From: Camelus dromedarius
Lineage: Eukaryota
NCBI RefSeq assembly: GCF_036321535.1
Contig: NC_087437.1
Span: 36,334,001 to 36,398,000 of the forward strand
Reading direction: 5' to 3'
DNA length: 64,000 nucleotides
Part shown: positions 52,131 to 64,000 of the stretch, one piece after another
Position numbering within the stretch: the stretch's first letter is position 1
Layout: every line of letters starts with the position of its first letter
The notes under the pieces: model-generated
The model's input: the letters and a program-made list of their open reading frames with translations, nothing else
Told to the model about the DNA's origin: nothing
Databases searched by the model: none
Made by a program: the position numbers and the translations under genes

Positions 52131-52764
52131 GCAAGAAGAAATCAGTGAAAAGGGGCCAACACTATCCCTAAGAGGGCCCATTCTTATATCACCTCAAAAT
52201 AGCCATCAAATCATCAAAGTATCCTGCTACTGAAATGATGATAGTCACTGTTTCTGAATTCTACTCTGAGCTAAGTATTCTGGTATGCTCAAATTCACAG
52301 TGGATATTCAGACTTTAAATTTATATCAACTGCTAAACACTTTTCCGGATTCTTTATTAGACCATTAGAGAAAATAATGACTGGATTCAACAGAAATAGA
52401 ATCACATGAAAAGCTTCATAATTGCAGATTCCTATAATCCACCAAGAGAGATTTTCAACTAGCCTGCCTACAGGGAAAGATATTGGTATTAAAAAAAAAA
52501 ATCTCTAGAGAACACAGTTGGAGAGTTTGTGTTGTGAATCAAGAGAAGGAACAAAAAATGAGAGGAGGGATGAGAAAGACATTTATTAAATGCTGTGTGT
52601 TTAGCCTTGTGCTAGGTGTTTTATATGTTTATATTCAGCTTTACATATGAGAAAACCCAGGACATATTTGAGAGCTTAAGCAACACTTCTCAAAACCTGA
52701 GGGCCTTTGAAGTCCATAAAGCTTAAAAATATCTGATGTTATAATCTCTGTCTTGCATTTTAAC

Positions 52765-52873
52765 CTTGGTTCACGTCTAACTTTCATCATTTCTGTTTGT
52801 ACTAAACTTCACAGCAGTCTTCTTCCTCTTTTTCTTCTGGCCTGAAGCACAGATAAATCCTCCAGTCCATATG
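52765..52873 (-). pseudogene. Exon relic (109 nt)
   Basis: Acceptor tgtgtatctag|, donor AAG|gttaaa. Reads YGLEDLSVLQARRKRGRRLL*SLVQTEMMKVRREP (single TGA). Confidence 0.5.
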
Positions 52874-53348
52874 CTAGATACACATGTGGTGAAGGCTTTA
52901 TGAGGAATATTATACTAAATTAAAATAAACAAACAAAAAACACGACTTGTATTTGTACCAAGCTGCTCTTGCTCTGCTGCTGGCAGATTTTTAAAAATGC
53001 CTGAGTTGTAATATAAAAGAGCCATTTGAAGCCAACTATTCAATTAAAATCTTTTTCTTGAGAAAAATTCAACACTCATTGTCTTTTAAAACTTAGATGA
53101 TTATGAACAAAATATTGTTAAAATTTGACTAAAATTTTTTGCATTTCTTTTTTCTTCGATTTTCAAAGCTTTATCTATAAGACTGCTCATATAATACCTC
53201 ACTGAATTCACATTACAATGCTTATGATGCTAAAAATCTACTTTTACAATGAATAAATATTTTTAAGCAAAGTCAAGAAAAAAATAAAGCAAGGTGAAAC
53301 TGGTAGGAAGATTGGAATATTAAATATATGCTATTAATTCCAATACAC

Positions 53349-53779
53349 CTGCTTGAACAGTGTAACAAATTTAGTGCTGAGCTTTTCAGCAGCCAGTACA
53401 AACAGGAGAACATTATTGCCCTGTTTATTTATAGTGCACTTAAGATAAAAGCAAACCAGATGTTCCATAGAAGAATAATATGCCTGGTCCTAAGACAAGA
53501 GAGAAATTTCTCCTGAGAAGTCTTATAGTGATCACTGCATAGTACAGTAAACAATTTGAACTGAATTGTTACAGTAAGTTCAACTATGCATTTCATAAGT
53601 CTCTTTCTGGTAAGTAGACTAATGGCATCAAGCCAAAGGAACTCAGGAAAAGTGATTCTTAGGGAGACTAACACAATACAGAAAATAGCCTTCTGTACTT
53701 TTTTTCTTAACTGAATGATAAATTTACTCCTCAGATTACAGCAGTGCCGAATGTCGGAATAACCATGATTAAATGCCAT
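53349..53779 (-). pseudogene. Possible large exon relic
   Basis: Acceptor ggcacag|, donor CAG|gtgtat. A 116-codon open frame, then a shifted tail ...KQGNNVLLFVLAAEKLSTKFVTLFKQ. Confidence 0.35.
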
Positions 53780-53934
53780 CTGTGCCTCAGGTAAAACATG
53801 AAATTACAGAGGCCAGACTTACAAATATGCACTCTGCTAACCTATGAGAAGAATTTTAGGAGCATTGTTAAAAATAACTCAAAATACTAGTCACTGTATT
53901 TGGTTTTCAGAATCATTTTATTATTCGAACTCAC

Positions 53935-54443
53935 AAAAGAAAACGTATCCATTAACTGTTTTGGGTAGCTTTTGGCTGGGGTCTGTACCAAAGGACATAT
54001 TAACAAGAGAAAGGCATACAAATTTATTTCATATTAAGTTTTATGTGACACAGGAGTCTTCATGAAGAAATGAAGACCTGAAGAGGCAGTTGAACCAGAA
54101 GGTTTTTATGCTAGGTTTAATGAAGAGTGAAAAGTCATGGAAAAGAAAGAAATGTATAGAGCTAAAGGAGTGTAAATTAAGTGTAGCAATCTAGGGAAAA
54201 TGGCATGGCTTTTTGCTGTTCATATTGGTTCAGATTCTTGTCGCTCTCTTGTCTTTGTAGGTAAGGATACTTCCTTCCTCCAGGAATAGGGAGGGCCTCT
54301 CTCACCTAATGGCCTTGTAACCTGCTTCAGGGCAAGGTCAAAAAAATCTGCCTCACCTGCTGTTTCACAAATTCTTTCAGTTTGAAATATTCAATATATC
54401 AAGGTGCTGTATTTTGAGGTGGCCTGTCACATGCATTAAAACA
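53935..54443 (-). mobile_element. MER34/MER39-like ERV1 solo LTR
   Basis: attaacaagagaaaggcatacaaatttatt...ttcagtttgaaatattcaatatatcaaggtgctgtattttgaggtggc. Confidence 0.8.
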
Positions 54444-55579
54444 TTTCTGCCCACTTTACTAATATTGCTTTTTTAATATATAATGTACAGGCTTTTCCTA
54501 CTTTTAGTCTTAATACAGCTTTCGAGTTTTTTGTTTCTTGTTTTTGTTTTTTGGTATGGAAGCACTAGAGTAATTATCTAAAAATTAAATTTAAATGTTT
54601 TCAAAGGAATTGAAATTTCGCAAACACCTAAGTGTTTATATATAATTTTTTATTTCTTTGCATAATGCTTCCTATTGTGTACTATGCAGTAGACAATTAA
54701 TAGACATTAGAAAGTATAAAAATAATAAGATAAATATATAATGTAAAATATGCATTTGAAGTCATTTTAGAATTTCATAAATATTGAAAATTTCTACGAC
54801 TTCACATATGTGTTATTTGATAAAATATTTCCTTTTTGTTACTTTTGTGGACTCTGGTATAATTTTGAGTTTTGATATTAGGGCATCAGTGGTATCATTC
54901 ACAAGTTGAAATAAAATATGTTTTATTATGTACTCAAAGTTAATTGACTGTAAAATATGTATTACAAGAAGAAAGTAATTGCAAATCATTCTAGTACTAG
55001 ATTTGCAACCTAAAAATACATCTTACGAAATTTTCACTTAGCACATTGTACAGTTGTTTGTATTATTCTGTCTTTTTAAATAACTTTGAGTGTGACAAAA
55101 TACCAACTCAAGTGACCAATTATAAAACACAACTACTTTGGAAGAAATGGAGGAAACCAAAATGGTTGATTTGCTAGTATATTTCTCTACTGTTTTACTT
55201 TCCTAAATTTTTAAATATGTAATTGTGGTAGATTGAATACATTGGCAGTATTTTTAAGCTGTTTACCACTTTTATTTTTCCTGAGATAACTTTTTTAATT
55301 AGGAGATTTTTTCAAGTACCTAATTGTGATTTAATATAAGCAGTTTCAAACAATATACATTTAACTATATAGAATCTTTAAATACTCAGTGATGTTTAGA
55401 TTCAGAATTTCTTCATATGCAGAGGTAATTTTTAAATAATTAATGACCACAGACAATAAAATTAGCAATTTCCTTTTCTTTGGCCAACTATGTACTCAAA
55501 ATTAACTTTAAAAATTGTTTCAGTTTTTTTTTTTAAGAAAAATATATGTGTGCATAAAAAAACAAGAATGTGTCTATTG

Positions 55580-56435
55580 ATCCTTAACAGAATGTCATAT
55601 TGTTAGAATCATACATTATGTAACCTTTTCATATTGGCTTCTTTCTCTTAGTAAAATGCATTTAAGTTTTCTCTATATCTTTTCATGGTTTGATAGATCA
55701 TTTCATTTTAGTGCTAAATAATAGTCCACTGTCTAGATGCATCACAATTTATACATTCACCTATTGAAGGACATCTTGATTGCTTTCAATTTTGGCAGTT
55801 GTAAATAAAGATGCTATAAACTTCCATGTGCAGGTTTTGTGTGAACATACATAAATATTCAACTCCTTTGGGTAGTTACCAAGGAATATAGCAGTTGAAT
55901 CATATGCTAAGTATATATTTAGTTTTGTAAGAAATCACCAGCCTTTCAAAGTGGCTGTGCTATTTTACATTCCCACCAGCAGTGAATGAGAGTTCTTGTT
56001 GCTTCATACCCTCACCAGGATTTGGTGTTGTCAGTGTTCTGGATTTTGTCCACTCTACTAGGTGTGTAGTGTTATCTTCTTCTTGTTTTAATTTTCATTT
56101 TCCTAATGACATAGGATGTGGAGCATGTTTTTGTATGCTTATTTTCTATTTACATATTCATTGGCAAGGTGTCTGTTCAGGTCTTTGGCTCAATTTTTAA
56201 TTGCTATTTATTTTCTTATTACTGAATTTTAAGTGTTTTTTGTGTATTTTAGATAATAGTCCTTTTATAAAATACATATTTTACAAATATTTTCTACTAC
56301 TCTGTGGCTTGTCTTTTCATATTCTTGACATTGTCTTTTGCAGAGCATATGTTTTTAATGTTAATGAGGTCCAAATTATTCATTCTTCCTTCTATGGATT
56401 TTGCCTTTCGTGTTATATCTAAAAAGTCATTGCCT
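55580..56435 (-). mobile_element. L1MB-like ORF2 end/3' UTR
   Basis: cattcacctattgaaggacatcttgattgctttcaattttggcag...ttttacattcccaccagcagtgaatgagagttcttgttgct. Confidence 0.9.
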
Positions 56436-57563
56436 GGCCTTCCTTTTTTATTTTAAAATTTTCCTTTGGAAAAATTGGATTTGTTAAAATATATTCAAAG
56501 AAACACAATTATATTTTTTGTGCTCCATAATTAATATGTTTTCTTTATTGAGAGAAAAACAAATACATGAGTTCAATATAGTTCTAGAAAATTTGCTATT
56601 GTCAGTGATTTGATTTCAGATTTTTCAGAAATTACTTCTTTAAAATAATTACAGACGATAAACTGTCTTATGAAGTTTATATACTCAAAATTAACAAGGA
56701 ATTGAAATGTGATGTAACAATGTACGTAAAACATAATAGATTTTTCCAGGATAAAATTACTGAGATTACTTTAAGTTTTTTTTCCCTATTAATTTAAGTT
56801 ATCATGCCTGTCTCATTGCCTTTATTAATCTACAATGGTAAACAGAGAGACAATTCCATTATAAATGAATCCAATACATAGAAAAATAAAGTTTAAATTG
56901 TCTGGGCTATTTTCCCACGATTTTCTAAACTTCTAAAATCCTAATTCTATATTTAATTGATATCTTGTGATATTTGATATAGTTTCTCTTGAATTCCATG
57001 TTAGTTGACTAATGCATAATGACATTTGGTTTTTAAATATAAAGATATGGAGACAATTGCTGTCCTTGCTGCCTTGCTGTATTTACAGCTTCTCTCTCTC
57101 TCTCTGTGTATGTGTGTCTCTGTGTGTGTGTGTATAAATGATGAGAGTGATATAAGTGATTAGTGGCTTAAGAAAGAAAAACTACCGTGACTGAAAAAGA
57201 ACATTAATAAAACTTCTATGCTTTTAAGAACCATGCCTCTTACAAATATAACTAACATTAACAGTATAGGATTGTAGACATCGTCATTTGACAGAATAAG
57301 AAAACTAAGAGTAGTGACATGAAATATCCATGGTCATTAATATTGGAAGAGATTAGTACATCACTGGAAATGCTGTTTGGGTCCAAACACATAAGGATTT
57401 GGACAGATGTAGAGAAATTTCTTGTGCCAGCAATTTTCAAAGTCTTCCTAGATGAACATGTGACCTCCAACAGCAGAGTTCCCAAAGGTCTTAGTTTTTC
57501 AGTATTCAAAATGCTGTAGCTGAGTTGTCTTGTTAATTATCTGCCAAGCTGTCAGTCACTCAC

Positions 57564-57661
57564 TCCATAGCACCTACCTTGTAGTAGAAATGACTTGATC
57601 CCCATTCTCAGAAAAATTGTCACTGAGATTAAATCAGCTTCTTCATAACATGTGAAGTTAT
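57564..57661 (-). pseudogene. Exon relic (98 nt, or 84 nt with the alternative donor)
   Basis: Acceptor ccgccaatag|; donors GGA|gtgagt or AAG|gtaggt. Open frame NFTCYEEADLISVTIFLRMGIKSFLLQGRCYG, in phase with the 58155 exon. Confidence 0.5.
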
Positions 57662-57950
57662 CTATTGGCGGATAATTTCCCTTTATTTCCCTACTTTCAT
57701 CTTCCTCAGAAATAATTATCAATTAAGTAGTCATTGGGGATGAATATAGTTTAAATAACTATGATGAATATAGTTAAAAAAAAACCTGGGTCTAGCAATG
57801 AATACCCTTTACATTCAACTGGTTTTCTAAAAATAAGAGTTAATTAATTTTTCACACTTAACATAATTATGTACACTGTCCAGTGGTATGAAATGTTCTA
57901 ACTCAGAAAGTAGCAGAAAATAGAACATTATAATTGTGAATTTCTTTTAC

Positions 57951-58155
57951 CGTAGCTTTGCTGGTTTATTTAACTAAAAAAAAAAATTGCTGTGACTTGC
58001 ATATCCTGAGAAATTATGCCTTGGACAAAATCTTTCTGCAAAGAAAAAGTCAACCCAACGATTTCATACTTGGGCGTTGTATTTAATAAGGCATTATCCC
58101 CAAGAGGTCAAATTAAGGGTTTCATAATTTTACTAAGATGCACAAAATCCCTCAT
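57951..58155 (-). pseudogene. Exon relic (205 nt)
   Basis: Acceptor cttcttgccatttag|, donor ACG|gtaaaa. Reads MRDFVHLSKIMKPLI*PLGDNALLNTTPKYEIVGLTFSLQKDFVQGIISQDMQVTAIFFFS*INQQSY. Confidence 0.55.
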
Positions 58156-59459
58156 CTAAATGGCAAGAAGTGATAGATTTCAAGGTAAGCAAAAATGGAG
58201 AGTTTTAAGTGTTCTTTCTTAATATTTATATTTGAACTAGGTTATTTATAAAATAGCATCAGAGAGTTACTGAAATAAAACATAAATATATATTAGAACT
58301 ATAAATTATCATAAGCATGGTATTTCACGAGGAAAATGTATTGTGCTTTGCAATATACTTATCAGTTTCTCATAAAGCTAAAACTGTTTTAAAAAACCAC
58401 ACTATATTCTGAAAACTCGATTAAAAACACCATTACAAAACAAAGGAAATCAGGGTGAATATATCCTATTCAGAACTCAAGGAAAAATATTTTTATCATT
58501 TTCCTTTCCAAGGAGACTGTTTCCTATTTTACACGTCCTACTTCCCAAAGAACCCTACCTTTGTGACTCCTGATTTCTTTAGCTGCCACAGACTAAAACA
58601 CTTAATTTGTAATTGAAACTTTAAACAAAACACCGAGTATGAGACTACTGATAACAAAAGTGCGTTAGTAATACAGATAAATTAGTATTTAATTTTTTTG
58701 ATTAAAAAAGTTAATTTTAAAAAATTTGTGGGAACCATGTATCAGTGAAATTCCTACGTAACACACCTCAGATTAGCATGAAAAGTTTCACGATTCTAAG
58801 CTTCCTGTAGGTTTAGGATATTGCTTTAAGTTGCTTGAAGCTAATATCTTTTAGTGTATTTCTGTTATTGGAAGGAGTGTGATAGAGAAGCATAAAATGA
58901 GTATTACAATCAAATATATATACACAAGTACATTTGTATCTAAATCGGGAAAACATACCAAACTCTTACATTATTATTTCTGCAATTTGTCACATTGTTG
59001 TAGCTAGTATTTATAACTCCCTTCTTCTGTTACCCTCTTCATATTCTTTTTGTCTTTAACAGTACCTTGGCTGGTCTTGGTTCCTTGCTTGATAGGGTGA
59101 CCCAAATGTATTCTCCTACAGCTACAACAATTTCTGCCAAAGATTCGAGGAGATTCCTGTGCAGATTTCTGGAGCTCTATCTCCAGAGCTGCTTCCTTTC
59201 ATGTAGCTTTATTAACAAATTCTAGTACCTTAGCTTGCTTGAGCTCTGACCTTTGTCCTTATCATGTGCTGGTTCATTCCTGAAAATGTTCACAGGCATG
59301 AAAGTTGGGAAAATGGTAAAGCTCACTTTGTTTCCTTTCTGTAAAGGATTAAAGGGCATAATGGGTATAGGTATGTCTCCATATATGCAAGTCATATATA
59401 AATACATAGATGGATAGATAGATATATGCATGTATATATGCATTTATATGAGATACAAG

Positions 59460-60110
59460 TATACCTTCTCATCACCAATTTTCTAGTCATCTTCCTTTCA
59501 GTTGTTATCATCCAGCAAAATCCAGTCTGCTGCCCATGAAACATTGTGGATCTTTACCATCTTTCTGTCCTGGGAAAATTAATGATCAGGTAAACTAAAG
59601 TTCTTCCTACTGGGAAAATTTCCTTTTACTATTGTCCTTTAATGCCATCTAGGAGAAGAGTTGTAATAGAACCATGTGTGAACAAGACCCAAATGACATT
59701 CTTTCTCAGTTAACTTGTCATAGGAGAATCCAAAGGAGGCCGTAAGTCAGGGTTGAGAGAAAAGAAGCAATCTAACATCAGTAGAGGTCATGGCATTGGG
59801 AACCACTTCCTTGTGCAACTTACTGGAGTGTTCAGGTCTTATTTAGGGCCCATTTTGTATATATTCCTTCCATTTGATAATGGATTGCTACTGTGCATAC
59901 CTATCTTTATGACTTGGTGGAACAGGCAACACCTAATACATTTTTGGTATTTCTGATCACAAGATAGCTTGCCAGTCAAGAATTCAGTCTTTACTAGAGC
60001 TCATTGGCAAGCCAGAAGCTATTCACAAAAGAATATTTCTCTATAGAGAAAGCTATGCCTGAAGAATTCTAAAGGGAATGAATTATGATTTACCTATAGG
60101 GACTCACAGA
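59460..60110 (-). mobile_element. ERVL/MaLR internal pol (RNase H region) relic; a further piece lies near 58990-59105
   Basis: Reverse strand cctatgacaagttaactgagaaagaa...aaggaaattttcccagtaggaagaact...gactagaaaattggtgatgagaag resembles HERVL-type pol (GKSSQWAEL...DWKIGDK). Confidence 0.7.
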
Positions 60111-60273
60111 GAGAAAGTTTAATGCAGTGGGATTTAGTGATCTGGCATTATCTAAAATTGTATATGATTGTAATACTAAATTATGAACAGTGTAGTTAGT
60201 GTCCTATTGTGCAAGCTATAGAATACTTAGAAAGCAAAATAATAGATACAAATCAGTGTTTTTATCATCTCAC

Positions 60274-60481
60274 CAAGGAGGTCAAGAGAGTTGTACTGTT
60301 AACAGCATCTTGAGTATATTTTACCATAATTAAGTTATAAAAATGGATATATTTGTAAAACCCGGAAGCTCCATTGGGATAAATGAAAAATGTTGATGTT
60401 ATTTGAACTAACTTTGTGATGCCTTCTTTTGTAAGGTTATGTTATGCAAACCTCAATGGTAGTCCACCCAACAAATTATCA
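60274..60481 (-). pseudogene. Exon relic (208 nt)
   Basis: Acceptor attattttctactttag|, donor TTG|gtgaga. Reads DNLLGGLPLRFA*HNLTKEGITKLVQITSTFFIYPNGASGFYKYIHFYNLIMVKYTQDAVNSTTLLTSL (one stop). Confidence 0.6.
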
Positions 60482-60556
60482 CTAAAGTAGAAAATAATAT
60501 TTGCAAGTTAAAATAGGAGATAATACATCTTCAGTATATAAATTTTATTTTGATAC

Positions 60557-60736
60557 TTTAGGTGAGGGCAAAGTTGCTTGAAGGGTCTGTCATTCTCAAG
60601 TATTAATATATGTTTCCACTTTCACACTGTGGTATATTTGACAAGATAACACATACATTACTATAATAACAGAGTATTCTTGGTTTGATGTTACATTCTG
60701 GTTCCTTAAAAACTTCAGTGTTGCAGCGGCCCAAAT
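60557..60736 (-). pseudogene. Exon relic (180 nt)
   Basis: Acceptor ttcatcatatag|, donor AAA|gtatca. Reads IWAAATLKFLRNQNVTSNQEYSVIIVMYVLSCQIYHSVKVE..., with a shifted tail ILENDRPFKQLCPHL. Confidence 0.4.
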
Positions 60737-61301
60737 CTATATGATGAAACATGTTTAGATTTAGTTAAGCATGATTTTCCCTGGAAGAATTAAAAAGAGA
60801 CTGTATTATTTACCTCTTTTTGAATTAAAGGACATAGAACCAAAGATCCATTAAGGCCCATTAGAATGCAGCTTAACCTGAAATGTGTCATGTCATATAT
60901 GTAAAATTAGGCCCCTGTAACTATAAAACATGCTTATTTCAGGTTATTTTTCAGTTACTGTGCCTACAGCTGTTACATTCAAAAGGAAAATAAGCAGACT
61001 TCTAAGCACACTGGAGGACTGTATTATTTAAAATAATATGTGTGCATATCACAATTAACAAAAGGCTTAAGTTGCTGTATTTTAAAATTAGGATAAACTG
61101 ATTCTCTATTATCATCTCTATATTTTATTAAATTATATGTGTGTATGTGTATGTGTGTATCAAGTCAGAGTTAATAATATTTATTAAGAATTTTTAAAGT
61201 AGATATACCCAATTTCACTGTCAGGTATATTTCATTGACGGGTATGTTTTCCGTATATTTGATGTTCGACTTTCTATAATGACTTAACTAATCCCTACTA
61301 C

Positions 61302-61500
61302 CTCTAATACCCACATCATACTCCCATATAGCTAATATATAAGAATTAAAACGTGGCCTTACACCAGGCATGTTTCTGGTCAATATAAGGTTTCGAAAGT
61401 CAGTACTCCCAAAGCTTTGGTTAAAATGATGTGTGGCTTCTGCTCTGGTTTTGTACCTAGGTTTAGTGCTCCAGATCATGTATTGCTCTTGTCAGTAAAC
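61302..61500 (-). pseudogene. Exon relic (about 199 nt)
   Basis: Acceptor cttgtccttggatctcag|G. Reads VY*QEQYMIWSTKPRYKTRAEATHHFNQSFGSTDFRNLILTRNMPGVRPRFNSYILAIWEYDVGIR; donor uncertain. Confidence 0.45.
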
Positions 61501-61789
61501 CTGAGATCCAAGGACAAGATTTGTGAATTATTCCTTCTTTCAGTTTTGAAAATGACAACCTTGTCTTTCTCCCATGAAAAATATTTTAACATTTCATTAT
61601 CACTAAAACTCAAATCACTTTAAACATTTGATGTGTAGAATGAACTGTATTTCTGAAGTCAGAAAAAGAATGAAAGTTCAAAATAAGGGTTGACGCATTC
61701 TTTCTTCTCTTTTTCTGATATCAAAATGAATCTGCACATGATAATTTGTTAGCTTCCAAGCAGTATAGTATCTTTGACTCTTCAAACTC

Positions 61790-64000
61790 TTGACAAGGCA
61801 TAGCTGTATAACATAAAAATCTAGAAGACAGTATAGGAGAAAATCTTTGTAACCTTTGGTTGAGCAAACAATTTTTAGATACTGTATGAAACAGCACAAT
61901 AACTTTTGTGGTGATCTCTTCATAAGGTATACATATATCAAAACATTAAGTTGTATGCCTTAAATATATACAATTTTTATTTGTGATCATATATCAATAG
62001 ACTGATTTTTTAAAAGCATAACCAATTCAGAAATCATATAATTGAAATGTATCAAAATTAAAAACTTACTTTTGAGAAGTCATCATAGAATGAAAAAACA
62101 CAAACCACATACTAGGGGAAATTATTTGCAAAGCAGATTATTTGTGGAAGGGCTTATATCTATGATTTATTTTTTTAAAATTCTCAAGACTAATAAAAAT
62201 AATAAAAAATAGAAAAAATAAGCATTAGATTTGAATAGACAAGCAAATAATGTATACATTTCAAATAAGCGTATAAAGAAGCCTCAGTATATTTCAGGAA
62301 AATGACATATATAATTTTTTGCACAGTTATGTAAGGTAAGCACATTAAAAATACATGGACAAAAATTAAAAGAACAAAAGAAGAATATCTAATTTTATAA
62401 ACTATTAGAATAGAAGAGGATGTGGAAAATAAAAGAACTAGAACATGGATCAGATAAATTCAGGAAATTTGAAAAAATAAAAAAAAGATAAAAAGTAGCA
62501 AAATAAAATAATTAAGTATCAAATAAAAATTAATCATAATTAATGTAACTACTTCTACATTCTTGTAAAAAGAGACAGCTAGATATTAGAATGGATCTAA
62601 ACTATTAACAAAATCCACTTTTATGCTGTTAACAATAGACTTACCAAAAATTAAGGATTAAAATTAATTAAAAGTAAGAAGAATTAAATATGTCCTATGT
62701 AAGAATTAAACAAACAAAGCTAGAAAACAGTATGAATATAAAACAAAATATACTTTTAGTAAAACATTAAAAAATAAAGATGTTGATATTTGATATTAAA
62801 AAGGAAAAGCATAGAGGCAAATAATTCTGAATTTGAGCATACCTAATTTCATAATTTCAAGAAATAATAAGTAATAAATTATACACGTGTATTATAAAAA
62901 TTGCAAAATAATTGTCATTGAAATTACTACATAAAGCAGACAAAACAACTGTACAATTATAGATGATTTGAACAACGTTTAAGAGATGCTTGAGCTAAGA
63001 GATTTAAAGACTTATCAACCCTTAAATAAAAATACTTTGCTATGGCATAGGTTGAACATTTAAAAAATGACCTCATGATATGCCTTAAGGCAGGTAATAA
63101 GAGTATCAACAAATTTATATCATCCAAATGAAATACTCTTACCAGAATATAATACTGAAATAAATGCTAAACTTTTAAACCCAATATATTTGGAAATTAA
63201 AAAACAAACACACACATTTTTAAACATGTAATCTATTAGACAAAGAGAAATGACAATGGACATCATTAAACATTGGAAATAACAATAAAACAATATAAAG
63301 GAAAACCTGCACAGTGGTATTTAATAAATTTAGATGAAAATTATCTTAAATTTTTGGATTTCAAAAGTATTTATTTTTAAAAAGCTACCTAAACTTCCTT
63401 TTGGAGGTGAAAAAAAATCACCAGCGTTATCCAAGGAAAGTAAAAGGGAAAAAAAGTATTAAAGACCTCATATAATAAAATTTTTAAAAATCCTAAGGAG
63501 AATCAACACAACAAAGAACTAGTGCTTAAGGGAAAATAATTTTCAAAATTTCCAAAATGCCGATGTCTAAATCAAGAACAAAGGTTTGTGTATGCGCACA
63601 CTCACATACTCATACCCCTACACACACAGTCACACACATATGAATATTAATAATTAAAAGTGGTACAAAGATACAGGTAATATAGAGAATGAAAAGCTTT
63701 GTGCCCAAATGTTTGAAAATATCCATGAAATGTATATTTTTTGAAAAATGCAAATAACCAAGATCACTCAATAGGAAATAGAAAATCCAAAAAGAGGAGT
63801 AAGCACTAATAATATTGAAGTATTTGACCAGAATCCTCTATAAAAACAGACTTTTTCAAGTTTAAAAAAAGAAATAGATAACCAAATATTTACATAAACT
63901 ATTACATTTAAAAAGTGAAAGTAATTTCTCCAAACAATTTTACGAAATGAACACTATTTTTATGTAAAAATCATTAATAAAACACTATTAATCAAATTCA
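61790..64000 (+). mobile_element. Ancient L1 ORF2 fragments
   Basis: tctagaagacagtataggagaaaatctttgtaacctttgg; endonuclease-like aaaatccacttttatgctgttaacaatagac; extreme A bias. Confidence 0.75.

Larger units (their letters stand above)
3797..61500 (-). pseudogene. Candidate large decayed multi-exon gene of unrecognised identity (about 25 exon relics, about 4 kb summed); may extend beyond these limits
   Basis: Non-repeat, less AT-rich islands, mostly bounded by minus-strand polypyrimidine-AG acceptors and GT donors. Several consecutive pairs are phase-compatible. Every joined frame contains stops. Confidence 0.7.

Noticed and set aside
57240..57519. Exon candidate under ORFs 57258-57509 (-) and 57319-57519 (+)
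   Set aside because: Plausible, but the implied upstream intron is only about 45-65 nt and the donor is unclear.
34391..61500. Dynein heavy chain or STAND-ATPase identity for the dead gene (fragments LIDP, GLED, NIGE)
   Set aside because: Only 4-residue resemblances, in an order inconsistent with dynein, and no P-loop was found.
1..64000. CRISPR arrays, rRNA/tRNA genes or prokaryotic systems; strand bias of repeats relative to the dead gene
   Set aside because: None were seen, as this is mammalian DNA. Repeat orientations are mixed and too few to support a bias.

Overview
AT-rich mammalian genomic DNA. The young L1 3' ends and the absence of recognisable Alu, B1, Bov-tA/BovB, PRE1 or SINEC elements suggest a cetartiodactyl, most likely a camelid (inference). 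No intact protein-coding gene is visible, and most of the window is interspersed repeat: L1, L2, L3, MIR, MaLR/ERV LTRs, ERV internal relics and hAT-Charlie elements. Three non-routine things stand out. (1) About 25 exon-like islands on the minus strand run from about 61500 down to 3797, mostly flanked by canonical splice signals. Several join in phase and read as a stop-riddled protein I cannot name, so this is a candidate large unitary or unprocessed pseudogene. (2) A full-length processed EI24 pseudogene (minus strand, about 35106-37100) sits inside a Charlie1a transposon. (3) An old MER74-like solo LTR in the same Charlie1a has kept a CpG-dense core and points toward the EI24 retrocopy. 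Repeat family names come from recalled consensus similarity by eye, not a database run, and boundaries are approximate unless a TSD or splice site is quoted.
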